Of a DNA stretch of 64,000 bases, positions 63,351 through 64,000 are shown in pieces. This DNA is from Candidatus Doudnabacteria bacterium (GTDB taxonomy: Bacteria > Patescibacteriota > Doudnabacteria > UBA920). The notes under the pieces were generated by a model. It saw only the letters and a list, made by a program, of their open reading frames with translations. It was not told where the DNA came from and did no database searches. The position numbers were made by a program, and so were the translations under genes. Position 1 is the first letter of the stretch, and each line of letters begins with the position of its first letter. The stretch spans positions 11,421 to 75,420 of the forward strand of contig JADZEH010000032.1 of the NCBI GenBank assembly GCA_020850635.1, given 5' to 3'.

Positions 63351-63989
63351 CTATCGTAGCATTCTTTGCGTTTGCAGTGCTGTCTGATCTTCTGCCAGAA
63401 ATTTGCCGTGACTCTTGTCCGCGTTCCAAAACATGATCGAGTCTTCAGAGTTGTTGTGGTCAACTCCAAAGTAGTGGAGGATTTCATGCTTAAGTGTGCA
63501 AGTCGCGACATTTTTCAGTCCCGCATTTGATAGATTCGCTTGCAGGTTAAAGTCAAACATGGCAATAGTCCTTATGTCCTTTCTAGTCAGTCCATAGAAC
63601 CTTGTAGAGTTGTCGGCGTTTCTTTTCCATCCGCCAAAGAAATCAATAAGTTGCATAACTTTGACTTCAGTTGAAATTTCTGTTCGATTGCTTACAAACA
63701 GGTGACCATCCCACTTGATGATAGAGTTTCGCATGTCGGAGCGAAGTCGTATTTCATCAAGGCTTGACCATGGACTAACTCGCATAGGCTGTGGTTTTGT
63801 AAACAAGATCCTGTAGCCCGTCTCGGCTTCAAATTCTTGAGACCCTTGATCAAGAGTTTTTTGAAGCTTTTCAAGTGACAGTGGGTTTTGGACGTCGTAG
63901 TAGACCGCGAACAGAAATATGTCCGGTGTTGATTGGTTCACTCTAAAACCTTTCGAATGCGGAAAGGAAATAGAATTCGGTGTGCTCAA
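63351..63989 (-). CDS. metzincin-like zinc peptidase (archaemetzincin/M54-like)
   Basis: 212 aa. It has the extended zincin motif HEILHYFGVDH (HExxHxxGxxH) followed by a Met-turn candidate, SIMF. Confidence 0.65.
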   Translation of the reverse strand: MSTPNSISFPHSKGFRVNQSTPDIFLFAVYYDVQNPLSLEKLQKTLDQGSQEFEAETGYRILFTKPQPMRVSPWSSLDEIRLRSDMRNSIIKWDGHLFVSNRTEISTEVKVMQLIDFFGGWKRNADNSTRFYGLTRKDIRTIAMFDFNLQANLSNAGLKNVATCTLKHEILHYFGVDHNNSEDSIMFWNADKSHGKFLAEDQTALQTQRMLR

Positions 63990-64000
63990 CAGATAGAACA

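Noticed and set aside
1-64000. CRISPR arrays, rRNA genes, additional tRNAs
   Set aside because: No regularly spaced direct repeats, no rRNA-like conserved blocks, and no further GTTCGA/T-loop cloverleaf candidates were found on reading both strands.

Overview
This 64 kb window is AT-rich DNA (roughly 35-40% GC by eye) with compact genes and many lineage-specific hypothetical proteins. Intergenic regions share a recurring architecture: an intrinsic-terminator hairpin, a T-run, an extended -10 (TGnTAnnnT) and then a start codon within about 10 nt. Many genes have no Shine-Dalgarno, which suggests leaderless or short-leader mRNAs and is reminiscent of CPR/Patescibacteria-like or other streamlined low-GC bacteria.

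Content from left to right:
- 1-3000: an oxidative pentose-phosphate cluster, with the zwf 3' end, an alpha/beta hydrolase, gnd and pgl.
- 3000-9000: an envelope and oxidative-folding block, with an O-antigen-ligase-like protein, a DsbB/DsbA pair and an M23 peptidase carrying FG-GAP repeats.
- 9736-11199: an ABC-F ATPase.
- 11366-13211: a sharply bounded high-GC island encoding a putative B12-binding radical-SAM-like protein behind a native low-GC promoter and structured leader.
- 13364-13823: a RelE/Phd toxin-antitoxin pair.
- 13973-20911: a giant 2312-aa RHS/YD-repeat polymorphic toxin (signal peptide, SpvB-like, FG-GAP/VCBS, YD shell, inserted non-YD domain, RHS core, uncharacterised C-terminal toxin tip). 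It is followed by two small immunity-type genes, the second barstar-like.
- 21713-27893: a mobile element, with two tandem paralogous large serine recombinases, a palindrome-rich att-like region, an HTH protein and a ParB-nuclease/DNA-methyltransferase fusion.
- 28123-32496: a cargo cassette with an unannotatable 1132-aa protein plus two small partners.
- 32716-33916: an orphan RHS C-terminal toxin plus immunity module, displaced from the main RHS gene.
- 34058-37072: mostly GC-elevated, probably horizontally acquired genes, namely an acyl-CoA delta-9-type desaturase, a DUF218 protein, a SET-domain protein, a secreted HExxH metalloprotease and a small zinc-ribbon ORF.
- 38099-42229: a copper operon (csoR, copA, an HMA-membrane protein and a cupredoxin-like protein).
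- 42469-45940: a tightly coupled six-gene operon of nucleotide-acting enzymes (GreA/Rnk-like, guanylate-kinase-like, two SAM methyltransferases, MazG-like, CYTH-like).
- 46049-50898: a minus-strand array of nucleoside and nucleotide salvage or hydrolysis genes, including a nucleoside phosphorylase, TrmH, P-loop kinases (one frameshifted), HAD hydrolases and a NUDIX hydrolase.
- 50996-51870: a second small high-GC island.
- 51955-64000: a J-domain protein, tRNA-His (GUG), a sigma region-4-like small protein, an APH-like kinase, a P-type cation ATPase, a YibE/F-like membrane protein, an ABC exporter and a metzincin-like peptidase.

No rRNA or CRISPR array was seen.

The most interesting items are the RHS toxin/immunity locus split by a serine-recombinase element carrying an unknown large-protein cassette, the nucleotide-modifying operon, a conserved 29-nt motif found three times beside terminators, and the sharply bounded high-GC gene islands.
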